A DNA stretch of 64,000 nucleotides from Magallana gigas (Eukaryota): positions 16,802,001 through 16,866,000 of the forward strand of contig NC_088859.1 of assembly GCF_963853765.1 (NCBI RefSeq). The letters run 5' to 3'. How positions within the stretch are numbered: the first letter of the stretch is position 1; each line of letters opens with the position of its first letter. Of the stretch, positions 25,064 through 38,100 are shown in pieces. The notes under the pieces were generated by a model. The model did not search any database and was not told the origin of the DNA. It was given only the letters and a program-made list of their open reading frames with translations. The translations under genes and the position numbers were made by a program.

Positions 25064-25160
25064 GAAGATTTATTCCCCAGAAAAATCATATTTCCCATGG
25101 GTGTTGCCCTTGGGAAACATGAATTTCACTGGGGGAATTTCACTGGGGGAATAAATCTTC
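25064..25160. repeat. Imperfect palindrome within an unclassified interspersed repeat, containing a 14-bp tandem duplication (AATTTCACTGGGGG x2)
   Basis: GAAGATTTATTCCCC...GGGGAATAAATCTTC outer arms. Inner arms TTTCCCATGGG / CCCTTGGGAAA. Confidence 0.6.
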
Positions 25161-25556
25161 TTATCCCCCTCACAATCATGCAAAAAATGTATAATGTATT
25201 ATCACATATGTGTAATCACCTAATAATGTAGGTCTAAAGGGGGTGTCAATTATGAACCATATTTTTAAGATTTATTAAGGGGATGGGGAGGTGTTTTTTA
25301 AGGATTATCTTGGAAGCTTGAAGTCTAAACATCACATAATGACAGCAACAGTATGAGTTTTCAATTGTGATTGCTCTGTATTACCAAGTACATGTATCTT
25401 AAAACATACACATTCCATAATACTATGTCGTAGCACATGCAAACCCCCTGAGTAAGAATTAGCACCTCAGGTTATCATTATATAAAAAGCCTGTTTGGGA
25501 GGGTAACAATTGAAATAGAAACCCAGAGGAAACCTTTGTCAACCGTCGCAAGCTCT

Positions 25557-25657
25557 ACCTGAAAGCTCAAGTGAGCTATTCTGATCACATTTTGTCTGTC
25601 GTCCGTCTGTCTGTCTGTCCGTAAACTTTTCACATTTTCAACATCTTCTCAAGAACT

Positions 25658-25689
<32 letters not shown>

Positions 25690-26807
25690 TCATCCTTAGG
25701 CAAAGGGGATTCAAAGTTGTGAAAATTAAGGGCCACACCCGTTTTCAAGGGGAGATAATTAGAAATTAATAAAAAAATTTCGAGAAATTTTCAAAAAAAC
25801 TTTTTCTCAAGAACCAGAAAGCCAGGAAAGCTGAAACTTGTGTGGAAGCATTCTCAGGTAGTGTTGATTCAAAGTTGTGAAATTCATGACCCCCAGGGGT
25901 AGGATGGGGTCACAATGGGGGGTCGAAGTTTTACATAGGAATATATAGAGTAAATCTTTAAAAATCTTCTTCTCAGAAACTAATCAGACAGGAAAGCTGA
26001 AACTTGTGTGGAAGCATCCTCAGGTAGTGTAGATTTAAAATTGTGAAAATCATGACCCCCGGGGGAAGGGGGGGCCACAATGGGGGCTCGAAGTTTTACA
26101 TAGGAATATATAGAGTAAATCTTTAAAAATCTTCTCAGAAACTGATCAGCCACCAGAGCTGAAACTTGTGTGGAAGCATCCTCAGGTAGTGTAGATTCAA
26201 AGTTGTGAAAATCATGATCCCCGGGGGTAGGGTGGGGCACAATGGAGGGTCGAAGTTTAACATAGGAATATATAGAGTAAATATTTAAAAATCTTCCTCT
26301 CAGAAACTAATCAGCCAGGAAAGCTGAAACTTGTGTGGAAGTATCCTCAGGTAGTGTAGATTAAAAGTTGTGAAAATCATGATCCCTGGGGGTAGGGTGA
26401 GGCCACATTGGGGGGGGGGGGTGTTAAAGTTTTACATAGGATTATATAGAGTAAGTCTTTAAAATTCTTCTTCTCAGAAACTAATCAGCCAGATGATTCT
26501 TTATAATTGTTAAGACTTTGGCTCCAGGACAATTCTTCGGCCTCACAAGAAGGTTCGGAGTTTAATGTAGATTTATATCCCATATATAAACAATCGTTAA
26601 GGATCTTTTTGAGAACTGCAATACTGAACATGTGATATGACGATAAAATAATCCTGTTAGAAAAGGGACTAATGATTATAAACATAAGAATATCCAGGGG
26701 GAAGTGGATTTTATTTATACAGGATCTACATGTATTATATTGTACATTGTCCAGATTGTTTGTATTTTGACTCCATTAAGCTGATTTTATCATACCTATT
26801 GTTCCAT

Positions 26808-26838
<31 letters not shown>
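25557..26838 (-). mobile_element. Helentron-type HINE carrying ~4 Cg170-like (~166-bp) satellite monomers
   Basis: The right end GGTGAGCGATGTGGCCCATGGGCCTCTTGT is the reverse complement of the family 5' end. Monomers with AAGCTGAAACTTGTGTGGAAGCAT recur every ~166 bp. A GTCCGTCTGTCTGTC microsatellite and GAAAGCTCAAGTGAGC lie at the left end. Confidence 0.85.
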
Positions 26839-26840
<2 letters not shown>

Positions 26841-28160
26841 CTTGATGCAATGCATAAGTAACACAAACTGGTCCAGGGGCACTCATATCATAAGGACAAA
26901 TTTATTAAAGAAAATGTGTGATGGATTTCAACTTAATTTGTATCATTTATAACTGAATTAAAACAAGCAATCAATGAATGTACATTGAAATTTAATTTAA
27001 AAAAAAATGAATGTTTGTTGAACAGGTGCTCCAGATATATAAAACCTCCTGTTGCAGCAATAATATTTGGTCCTTGTACTGTGTTGTTCCCTCCCAGTGA
27101 ATGAGGAATAGGACATCTTTTGATATACATTAGGATGAAAATACAGCAAAATACAGCAAAATGTACAAAATATGTTGATCATCATTAAAATAGTTGTATA
27201 ACTTCAATTTATCTGACTGAAATGCGTTTATGAGAGACCCATAAGCCAAAGAACTCACCTGAGGCACAATTATCAAGTTTATTCTTATACACATATCTTT
27301 CTACATTTTCTTTGAGAAAATCCAAAACTAGTAAGGGAAATGTGATTACGGTACATTATAATTAGACTAGAGCTTCAAAAGCCAAAAAGTGCAGCATGTG
27401 AAAAATATATAATAAATCTAGGCATTTAACTATTAGGATTGATTATTCAGACAATAATAAATGTGGTTCAGGGTTTTCCTTCTTTATCCTAGATTCAATT
27501 CAATTCCAGATATACTTTATGTCAATCCAAAAATACTTTTGCACATCCAACCATACCATATTGCCTAAGGGAAGCAATTTTCATAGTACATGTATTACTA
27601 ATCTACTAAACTCATCTGTCTTTGGTGGAGCAGTCTCGAGTGGACCATTGAATTACAATGGGTCATAACATCAGACTTAGGTGATTGTAGGTGAACCATC
27701 ATTTTTTGCATGTCACTCAAACACACACGGTATTATTAAGTCCCCATCATTTCTTTGGTTCAAAGTTTTCAACGATTAGTACCAGAAGGTAACGGGGTAA
27801 TATACTAAATATATATGTCAGGATGTGTTCTTTAATTTACCTAAACTGAATTCTGCACCCCTAGACTATTGGTCAGGTGGTCACGGTCGTCAGATACCCA
27901 TGGGTGATCGCGTCTTTTAATGGTTGCTATCACCCGTGGTTATCCGATGATGGGGGTCACAGTTTGAAAAGTTAAGAATCTATCATAAATTATATCTGGA
28001 TGCTTGCTTGGCATTATACATATATCACAAACTGTAGTTTTGCAGTTCTTGAAAAGATTTTCGGGATTTTTCTCTACATATAATGGTACCTCCCTGTTTA
28101 GACAGTGGAAAGAAGAACAACGAAATCAACCATGGATTTTAGACAATGAACTGGGCCTTA

Positions 28161-28418
28161 CTGTAAATTCCTTAAATTACGCGAGCACTTAATTCCATGG
28201 TCCTGCTGTTTTGAGTCAAATCGTGAGAATATAAAATCGCAAACGCAGAACTTTTATCCTCATTTCTTTTTTAATAGTTTTCAACTCTTAAGGAAATAAT
28301 ATATATGGCCAGAAATTAGTCCTGACATCTAATAATAGTGAGATTTCAAAATCCACGAAATGTGCTTCTTAAGATTTTACACGAATATTAATTTCTCGCA
28401 TTTAATTAAGAATGACAT
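28161..28418. mobile_element. Second, more degenerate copy of the 21740-21957 MITE family
   Basis: TA-CTGTAAATTCCTTAAATTACGCGAGCACTTA..TCAAATCGTGAGAATATAAAATCGC matches the 21740 copy. The right end is decayed. Confidence 0.6.
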
Positions 28419-30488
28419 TATTATTGTCAAGGGACAATGCTTATAATCTTTACTTTATAATCTTTCTTGTAAATATTGGCATTTCTTGAGCATTTGTACT
28501 TGAGAGGAAGACAGCAATGTAAATAACAATTTGGTTGTGAAAATATAAAACAAATTTTAACTATGACTTTCCATTATTTTTATTATCACCATCATGTAAA
28601 TGTCACATGTCACATATAGAATTCAAATACAGTTATTGACAGTAGACAAATGATTTTCATAATAGCAAAAATTAAGAAATTTGATCAGCACAAGTATTTC
28701 AGTTAGATAAAAAAAAGTAGATAATTGCACCAAAAACGTACGAAAGAAATTAACCACTACCTTTGACTACACATATACTGATCTTTTTTTTGTATAATAG
28801 TTATGGAAAAGTACAAAATCTGGTTTTAGCACCAACACAACAAACAAATATTTACAGCTGAATACATAGTTTTAAGTTAAATGCAAATAAATAGAGCAAA
28901 CACAACCATATTATGGTATCAAGTTTCTATCTGACTACCGTACAAAATCTAATAATCAAACTTCAGAATTTCCAAAAAAGACAATTTTGATGCAACATAA
29001 CAAAAGTACTGCTTGAGAGTACTTGGTAGTTGAAAAATGGGAAAGAATGGAAAATTTGTTCAATAAAAAATAAACTCTATTTCCAATGTCATTGCATATT
29101 CTTCGACTTTTGATTTTAGCTGGGAGGAAATTTGTAACAAAAACTGCCTGAATTTCTTCAAAATATTATTCATAATAATATACATGTACGTGCAAGTTTT
29201 TACATACCGGTACACTGTACATTTACAGCTATACAATAATCTACATGTAAATTACACAAGTTTTCCTAGATGAAACTACCGGTACATGTTAATCTTTTGA
29301 TGTTTTAGCACCTGCCTTGCAGTCTTTCAAACCAAGTTAATGTATGCAGATGTTTTTACAATATACCAACCAATGAGACAATCTTGCTACAGAGGTACAT
29401 GTTGTATATAGTTTACATGGCTGCATAAAGTGTGAAAAATGTGTTTCATATAAAAAAATTATGCTTTTAATTACATTTGAAGGAGGATGAAAATGAGAAG
29501 AGAGAAAGAAATTGATGCTGCGAAAATATATCATAGAAAAAATTATGAAGAGGAAAGCTTTATCATATTTCTGTTATATTAGATTTATATTAACAGTTTT
29601 GGAAAAAAAACAGTAAAATAAAAAAATATTGTTGTTTTTTTTTTTTTATCAAATTTAATCTGCTTTTTCTTGCTGATTTAATATCTTTTGGTTGGTATTC
29701 AATGTGCAATGTTATTTACATCTCGAGATCACAACAATAATACTTTACAGGGGGGACACATTCTCTCACACTAACCATACAAACAGACACACATACAAAG
29801 TTTTAACATGTCTCAATCACTGATACCGATCATGACTAGCACTAATACCACATAAACAAACAAATACACACACACAATTTTCAGTTTTAAGCTTTCTATG
29901 CTACTAAAACTTATTTTGCAAAGATAATTAACAAGATCAGTACTGTAGAGAGCTGTTACTGAGGGATACAAAAAATACCCAACTCATGGCAACTAATCTT
30001 GCTTATACATATAAATTAAAGGGAAGAAATGTTTGTCTTTAAAAGCAGAAGACAACCGACTGCATTGATGACAAGATCATTATTTGAAAAGTTTGTTTCA
30101 AGATGGTTATCACATGTTCAGGAATGTTTAGAAACACCCTATTTCATTAATATGAATACATGTCATGTACATTAGTACACCTTTATTCGACCAAGAACTT
30201 GAAGCCCTATGAACAATTGATACAAACTTAATACAATGAAAAAAAGTTCATCTCTATTAAAAAAAAAAAAAAAGGCAACAACATTCATTTGCATGTTCAA
30301 TGCTGCAAAGTTTCTGTAAAACAGAATATTACAAGCTATATCTACCACTAAATAATGCCTTTGAAATTCAGTATCAAAAAGAGGAATACTCTAACTTTAA
30401 TGTTGACCTCCATGATGCGAAATTCACAAAGCCAATGCAGATCAACTACAGAGTGAGCAGCAGAATGACGACTGCCAAATTGCCACTG

Positions 30489-33400
30489 TTAGCTGATGCA
30501 GCAACTCTGTCGACAGTGGGCGGGTGGTGTGTCCGTGGGGTTGAGATATTTGATCTTTCGGTGAACAAAGCTCTGCATTCGAACTCGGGTTTTATTTGTC
30601 AGTGCATAAGATTTGAGGTGAGAAGTCAGTGAATGAGGCAAAGGAAGTCTGTCTATTCCATAAATAGTGGTGTTGGCCACTATGCACCGACAAGCAATCT
30701 CCTTCAATGAAAGCACTGCAAAACAAAAGAGAGGATTCTTTAAAATTCAGTTTCAGATTTTGAATGAGGTTGCTTTCTGTCAGTTTACTGTTAAACAATA
30801 CATTTTCATGGGGACTTGTCCTACCAAATTGTCAAGAAGTACAAGCATGTGGTAAGGTATTTTGAAATTTCACAAAGAGTTAACTTTGATTTGAAAATCA
30901 TAATACAATATGAGTGTGTCGATAAAGGGTAATACTGCTTCACACATGTACCAATATTATACATGTGCTATAACAGCATGTTTGTGACCCAAAAAAAATA
31001 CCTTTATCAGTTCCCCAGGTCCTTCTCATTCCATTGCGTTTTAACGCTACCCTGGAGAGTTCTGCAAACGATTCTGTTACATTGAAGTCACAGAGAGGGC
31101 TGACCTCGAAGAAAGCCATGTCATTCTTCAGAGCGTAGGACTCTGCCATCTGTTCACTAACCTGTCGCTTGTACGCCATGTGCAGCCGATTTCCGACTAA
31201 TATTTTAGGGACACCTGGTGCATGCTACAAAGTACAAACAACCAATCAAAGCTCCCCTAAATCAGACGGTATTTTCCATTTTAAAACTCCCCCATGTCTA
31301 AGGTTTTTGTTATAAAAACTTAAGTACATGTATTGCAGTTAAGTGACATTCCCCTAACCAACCCCAATAATTCTTACTCTAAAGATCTTGATAGATCTGA
31401 ATTGCACAACACTCTGAACAACAGTAACTCTAAATGTGGACTTATTTGCATGGGGGAAACTATATAATAAAAGTTTCACAAAATTTATCACCATGGGAAC
31501 ATTTTCAAAAAAGAAGAAGCACATATACACAATACAAATGTATAAAAGACAAATTTTTGTTAACTCTTTTTCTCTGCAAATACATGTACCGAATTCAACC
31601 AAACCAAACATGTTACACTGATAACAGAAAATTAATTTTCCTCTGTGAAAATAGCCATATTGTATAGAGGATATCTCTTTTTACCTCATCAATTTCCTTG
31701 ATCCATCTTGCTATTCCATCAAAGGACCATTTGTTTGTTATGTCATACACTAAAAGAATGCCCTGAAAAGAATTAATTTGAATTACAAAATGTATTTTAA
31801 ATCTGAACATGCAATATGAAATCTAAACATTTCAACAATAAAATGTACCTATATAAAATGTATAACCTTTAGATCTTTAATAGAAATGTAATACTATTAC
31901 CGTAATGTTTCGTGTATTATACGGACTCATGTATAATACGCATCCCCCAAAGTTGACCAAAAAAAATGGTAGGTCCTACGTATAACACGCACCCAAAAAA
32001 TGGCGAAATCAACAGCCGCCATTTCCCCCAAAGCTATCAATGTTTCATGATAATTTTATAATCCATGCGTAATTTCTATTATTTTGTAATCGGAAAATAG
32101 TACAGACGATGAAAATCAATGCCCATCATTTTTCCAAATAACTATCGATGTATAATGATAATTTTATAACCCAAGCGCAATTATTGTCACGGTAATTTCC
32201 TGATTGGAACGTGGCCAAAACATCATACATTAGAGTCAAAGTTCTTACAATTTTACTTTAAAAGGATGGTATGATTTACATGGGTGGTATCAAACATCAT
32301 TTGACACTTCGTTAAGAGTTTCTTATACAACATCGGAGAAGCTGAAGATCATCATACATAGAGAAAAACAGCAACCCAACTTAGTGCTTAAAAGTACCGG
32401 TAATAATGTTTGCAGATATAAACCAAAACAACATCAAAAGAAATAATTTAATTGATTAGTTATACTGAAACCTTTTGATTGTTGTTAAATAAACATTGTG
32501 AAGAAACGTATGTATGTTGTATAATGTCATTATCAAGTCGTACAAATGATCGATGTATTTTTAGCAGTGTCTATGCAAAGCAATAACGTTTAACTGCAAA
32601 ACTGGATATGAAGTTATCAAGTTTAATAAAATCCGAATAATTGCTAATCTTAATGCACTTGAAAACACCCTGTGAAGTCCAACATAAGTCAGGTGCATGC
32701 TTCTGACACCGGAAATTATTAAACAAACATTGACCACGCACCAAGTCAACAGGTGGCTGCTTACGTAATGGAAAATACAATGGCGATATTTAAACAAGAA
32801 ATAGTGTTGAGAGAGGATAAATCTTTCAATACATGGAAATAAAACTATAAATAAGGTATTTCTGATGCAGTAAATTTAGTATACACTCATACAACTTGCC
32901 GAATACACTATATATCGACAGTCACTACTCCCGTGGTATCAAGAATCACGGTTTGAAAAAATGGGGTAAAATTTTAGTTTTATGTACAACACGCACCCCC
33001 ATTTTTGACCAAATTTTGGCTGAAAAAAAGTGTGTGTTATACACGCTACATTACGGTACATTGAAATTTTTGCCCTGATTTATTTTGGCCCCTTTTGCCC
33101 TTGTTGTCAGCGGTGACTTTAAGGCTTGCTGAATTCAAAACAACTTTTTAATTTCTTTTTTCATAAGAAAGAGTATCTATCATACTACCAAGCCTAAGCA
33201 AATTTGAAATGGGGCGAAACCTTTTTTTTGCATGTGTAGATGGGCGAAAGAAAATCATGAAGTGAAAATGACCCTGTAGACGGTACATACCTGAGCTCCC
33301 CTGGAGTAAGATCTAAATATAGTACAGAAACGTCCCTGGCCAGAGGTGTCCCTGTATTAAAAAAAGACCCAGAATATAAAATCCAGTTTGTAAAATAGAA

Positions 33401-34867
33401 AACATGTAGGATGATGACCAATGTCTCAGTACCAGTATACCTGTACTAGATTTGGTACAATAACATTGTAGATCAAATTGTGATGCATATCAACATCAGC
33501 AGAAAAGACTAAACGATTATATATTTGATACAAAGCTTTTAATGAACAATCATCCTTGTGATGATGATCCTACTAATACATGAAATACAAGTTATACACC
33601 CCCCCCCCCCAAAAAAAAAAAGAACAAACACAAAACAATGTATGGCCATTCTAATACTATTACATCTACTGGATTAGAGACATAAATGTATCTGTATAGT
33701 TTCAAGTACCGGTACAACATACAAGATGTTGTTTAAAACATAACCAGCATCAAAAGTATTTCATACCACAGCTGTAGTTTTACCCTCTTCCCATCCAGAA
33801 GGATTGTGGTGGTTTTGTAGTCTATACCTGTAAAAGAGGGAAAGTTCTTTTAATCCAATGTAATCTGGAAACTTTTTAACAAAATTATTACAGAGGTAAT
33901 AAATTAGAATAATTCTATGGAGGGCAAATCTGCATTAACAAAACTGAAGGTTTTATAAAGTACACGTAGTTACTAGTTAGTCTATGGTAGAATGAACCTT
34001 AATGATTTAATTCTCAACTATAATTTATTGACAATTCGTCCAGTTGGTGATGGAACCTTTAAACTATTTTTTTAAGATTAAAGCTCATTTTTCATTGTTA
34101 TCTAAAAGGACAATTGAAATTGGGATGTATAGAACAAAAGTAAATAATCTTTTTGTGATTATATTACAGCTGTAATACTATCAGCTCATTGATAGAGAGC
34201 ACTATTACTGATGCAAGGGTCAAAGGTAATATCCAGATATGCATGATGCACACTTTAAAAAAAGATGTATTTTCACATGTGATTAAATGACCCTTATATA
34301 CAATCAAGACAATAATTCTTTGAAACTATAGAAAGTATAGAGTCCAGAGAAAGCTAGATTAGCGGAAATGGGAATTTGGCCATGGACTTATTGCAATTAA
34401 TCTACATGTAGGCAAGACATCAATCAATGTGCGCTTGTCTAAAATGAACACAATAGAAATATTCAAATGAATCGAAGCTTAATATCAATGCGATTATGTT
34501 TCATATGTAGACCTAACCAGCACCATGTAATCATTCTTCTGGTAGAGTCTATTCTCTCATAAGTCATAATGGTAGATAATCTTATGAAAAAAAATAACTC
34601 AATATTTAAAAATAACCACAATTATAAAACTTGAAGAACTAGTCAAAGATGCTGTACATATTGATAGAGACAGTGCATGCAGCATTAATCAATGAGAACT
34701 CTCCTACAATCCTTACCATCAGTACTAGGATAAGGGGATTCCGTCGCACCATCCTCCATCCCACTGAGCAGCTCTTCCTTCCCAACATCACTGTCTCCCA
34801 CCAGTAAAAACTTCAGTAAGTAATCATAAGGCTTCGGAGATCCAGGACCGTTTTGCAAAGAGCACAT
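30489..34867 (-). CDS. RAB40: Ras-related protein Rab-40 (Rab GTPase with SOCS box), 6 coding exons
   Basis: Exons (minus): 34867-34717, 33827-33766, 33351-33291, 31762-31685, 31224-31002, 30715-30489. Motifs: [52 protein letters not shown] box [13 protein letters not shown]...[12 protein letters not shown]-terminal CRQSCCIS. Confidence 0.96.
31900..33056. mobile_element. Non-autonomous Tc1/mariner (pogo-like) element with TA TSD, in RAB40 intron 3
   Basis: TIR CCGTAATGTTTCGTGTAT versus right-end reverse complement CCGTAATGTAGCGTGTAT (16/18). TA at 31898-31899 and 33057-33058. Confidence 0.8.
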
Positions 34868-35157
34868 TATAACACCATGTCTTTTAATGAACGCTTTTTA
34901 CAGCTAAGTACGGAGAAATGTTCATAAATCTACATTTTTCATAGGCGAGGCATATCGTCTGAAGCTACATGTTGCAAATACGTCACAGATGTGGCCAAAA
35001 TTTGTTAATAACATGTAAACATAGATCACATCAACAATTTGCGCAGACCGGAAGTGCCAGTGCGCCTGCCTTCAAAGTGAAAGGAAGTTGGCGGGCTTTA
35101 TGACTACTTTCACTTTATACAAATCACTTCATTTTGGTAGAAGTTATGAGATAAACC
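34868..35157. promoter_or_regulatory. Bidirectional promoter shared by RAB40 and PALB2
   Basis: The divergent start codons are only 291 bp apart. ETS/GABP-type CCGGAAGTG at 35048-35056 and E2F-like TTGGCGGG at 35088-35095. Confidence 0.65.
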
Positions 35158-38100
35158 ATGGGAGACCAGGAAAACGTAAGTAAACGAATATTATTAATCC
35201 GTAGGTTAAGTATCAAACTGTTGTAATGAAGACTTTTGACTTTGACAGGATCATCAGTATTTACTATTAAGAAGATAAGCTTTCTATTGAAAGTTTGTTA
35301 TCTCTTGTCTGATATGTTATTTTTGACTGCATTATCGTGCTGTGACAAATTGACAATGAATTAATTGATTAACTTTATGTTTTACAAACAATAACTGAAT
35401 TAATAATTTCAAAGTTCGAAATTGATTTGTCGTGCATGGAGAGATCTGGGGTGGACCCAGGATTTGAAGTTAGAGGCTAGAGGGGGCGCCAGTTTAAGGT
35501 AAGGGGTTTGGGGTCCGCTTTGAGGCCCCAAGTGGGTCGAGGGCAAAGCCCTGGTTGGGGTCCAGGGGGCAAAGCCCCCAGAAGCTCCTAGATTCTAGAG
35601 ATTTTGTAGGGTAAAATTGAAGTTATGGTAACTTGGGACAGATCTCACGATATTGATCAAAAACCTATGTTTATGCTTGTCTTTTTACAAATAATATCAA
35701 TTCGTAGTACATTTACCCGTGTAAAGTGGGAGGGGGTGAAAAACTGATGCTTCAGTCCCTCCCACCCACATTAGAAAGTACTTCAGTCTGTTCAGATGCA
35801 AAGAATATGGAGGTCTGCTCTTACTAAAAATGTATATCCACATGTGGATGGTCATTGATATGCATGTCTCATTATCAGAGTGGCTAATCCTTGTCAGACC
35901 GAGGCAAAGAATGTGAATATGATAAAGCTGTAATTTTAATTTTTTAATTTAAATTTGATGAGAATTTATGGCAGCCGCTGTTTCTATGATAAGATGTCGC
36001 ACCACCGCTCATTGACTACCTGCATGTAGATTAATGTTTTAAGAATGGACATCCTGCTTCTCTGAGTTCATCCAAGACTTAAAAAATAATGAGCCCTCTC
36101 TGTATAAATAAAATATTATGAGGAACACCAGTTGGTGTTGAGTAATTACCATTTTTCAATTATGCATGTGCTCAGATGATATGCTCTGTAATTTTGAAAA
36201 GGTCATCTTAAGACAAAAAATAATTAAATATAAGCAGCAGCAGAATCTTAGTTTAATAGATTAATGGTGTCACTGTAAGTGTTAATATTTATTTCAGAGG
36301 CTGAAAAAGTCCACACAGATGAAAAAGGAAAATGTCAAGAAACAAAGATTACTTGAGGTAAAGATGCATATGTGTCACTACAGATAAGTATATTGATAAA
36401 TAGCTGAGCTGTATAAAAAGACAGAATATGAAAAATATATGCTCTCAAATGTTTTTAGCCACTCAATTAAATACCGGTAACATGAAGGAAAGTAATCAAT
36501 TCTGGTAAAACATGTATTAATTAATATATACATTGATAGAATTTTAGTGAAAGACACAGCTTGCTGATAATTTAAAATATCTTTCAGAAAAACTTCCAGA
36601 AATCAAAGGCACAGGCCCATGTTAAAAAAATTTTACAGGAGCAAAAAATGCTCTGGCAAAGAGAAAGGGAACATGGTGATTCAAAAAATCACAAGGGCAA
36701 GTTGGTTGTAACTGCAGATTTATATGATCAAGCCAACAACTGTGTCTCAGAGACTAATCCCAATGAAGAAAAATCAGTTAAGGACTCAAAATATCCAGCA
36801 ATTCATACTTATGAAAAATCCTTATCACCAGAAACAGATCTTTTCCTCAGTGATTCAGAAAAAAGTGATTTTGTTACAAATATAAAAAAGTCTTCTGAAA
36901 ATGAAGAGGCAAGTAGTTCGGTTGATAAACCTTGTAGTAATTCAGAGCCTAGCAGTTCTTTGGGAACTCTTCCTTCACCCTCAGGATGTAATGGCAAGAA
37001 AGCTTTATCTCTCAAAGCAAGGCGCCGAAAGACCTTAAGCCCCAACACTTTCTCAAGAAATAAGAGTCAGAATATATCAAAAGAAAAATCCTCTGAAAGT
37101 GAACTTGCAAAGTCTATTCTTATTGCTGATGATGATGAGAAGGAAAGTGTGAAATGTGTAAATGATGAAACACTGGAGAACACTGTAGAAAATTTTCCAC
37201 GAAAGACATGTAAAACAAGCATTGACTCAGAAAACACTGACGGGTTTAAATTGCTCGACAGCCAGTCATCGTTGGATTTGTTCCCTCCTTCTATTGAAGC
37301 CTGTGAAAAAATCAAAACCAAGAGAAAAAGAGGGAGAGGGAGACCTTCCAAATGTCGCAGAGCTTCACTGCCTGCCCCTGTGAAGAAACCCAGCACGAAT
37401 TCATCGGAGTCACAGGAGAGCCAGGAGCTTGAGACTCTGATACTGCTGCAGGAGAGCTTAGGAATGGGCAGTCCAATAGAAAGAAGAAAGACGAGGAACT
37501 CCCGGTCCTGTCAGCCAATCGTTCTGTCTTCTCTTTTTCAGTACATCATTGATGAAGCCAAGAGAGAGCAGGGGCAGAAAGAATTTGCTCTTCCTGGCTA
37601 CACTTTTGGCAAACTTATGGAGAGTAAAAGTTTGCTTGAAATTAAGAATGAAGCTATGGAGGCGGAAGATGCTGAAGATAAATGTGAAACGTTAAAAGAA
37701 GAAAATGAATATTCTCAGACTGAAAGAATATCCATGTTAACAGAAGTTGACAATCAATCCACATACACTGCAGGTAAATCAGAATGTCAAAACAATGGAA
37801 TGCAAAAACAAGCAAAGTTTATCAAAGCTTTTGAGCAACAGGAGCCAAAAACCGAAGAAGCAGAAAATGTACCAGACACAATATCTTCTCCAGTTGCTCA
37901 ATGCAATGCAATATCAAATTCACCATCATTAACTGCAATGCATTTGAAAACTGGAGATTTCAGTGATGTTTCAGATTCAGAGTCAAAAGATATTGAGGAA
38001 AAATCTTGTGCACCAATAGAAGTGAAGGAAAATAAAGTTGAAGAATTAACTGTTGAAGAAGAACACAATACAAACAGAGAAACTAATAGTAGTGATGTCC

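Noticed and set aside
25483-25556. Half of a palindromic MITE abutting the HINE end
   Set aside because: The matching half is not in the window, so the family assignment cannot be supported from this sequence.
35445-35610. GC-rich block in PALB2 intron 1 as a regulatory island or exon
   Set aside because: It looks like a common G-rich interspersed repeat (GGGGTCCAGGGGGCAAAGCCCC). I could not define TIRs, a TSD or splice sites.
36809-37518. Antisense ORFs of 68-109 aa
   Set aside because: They are shadows of the large PALB2 exon on the opposite strand.
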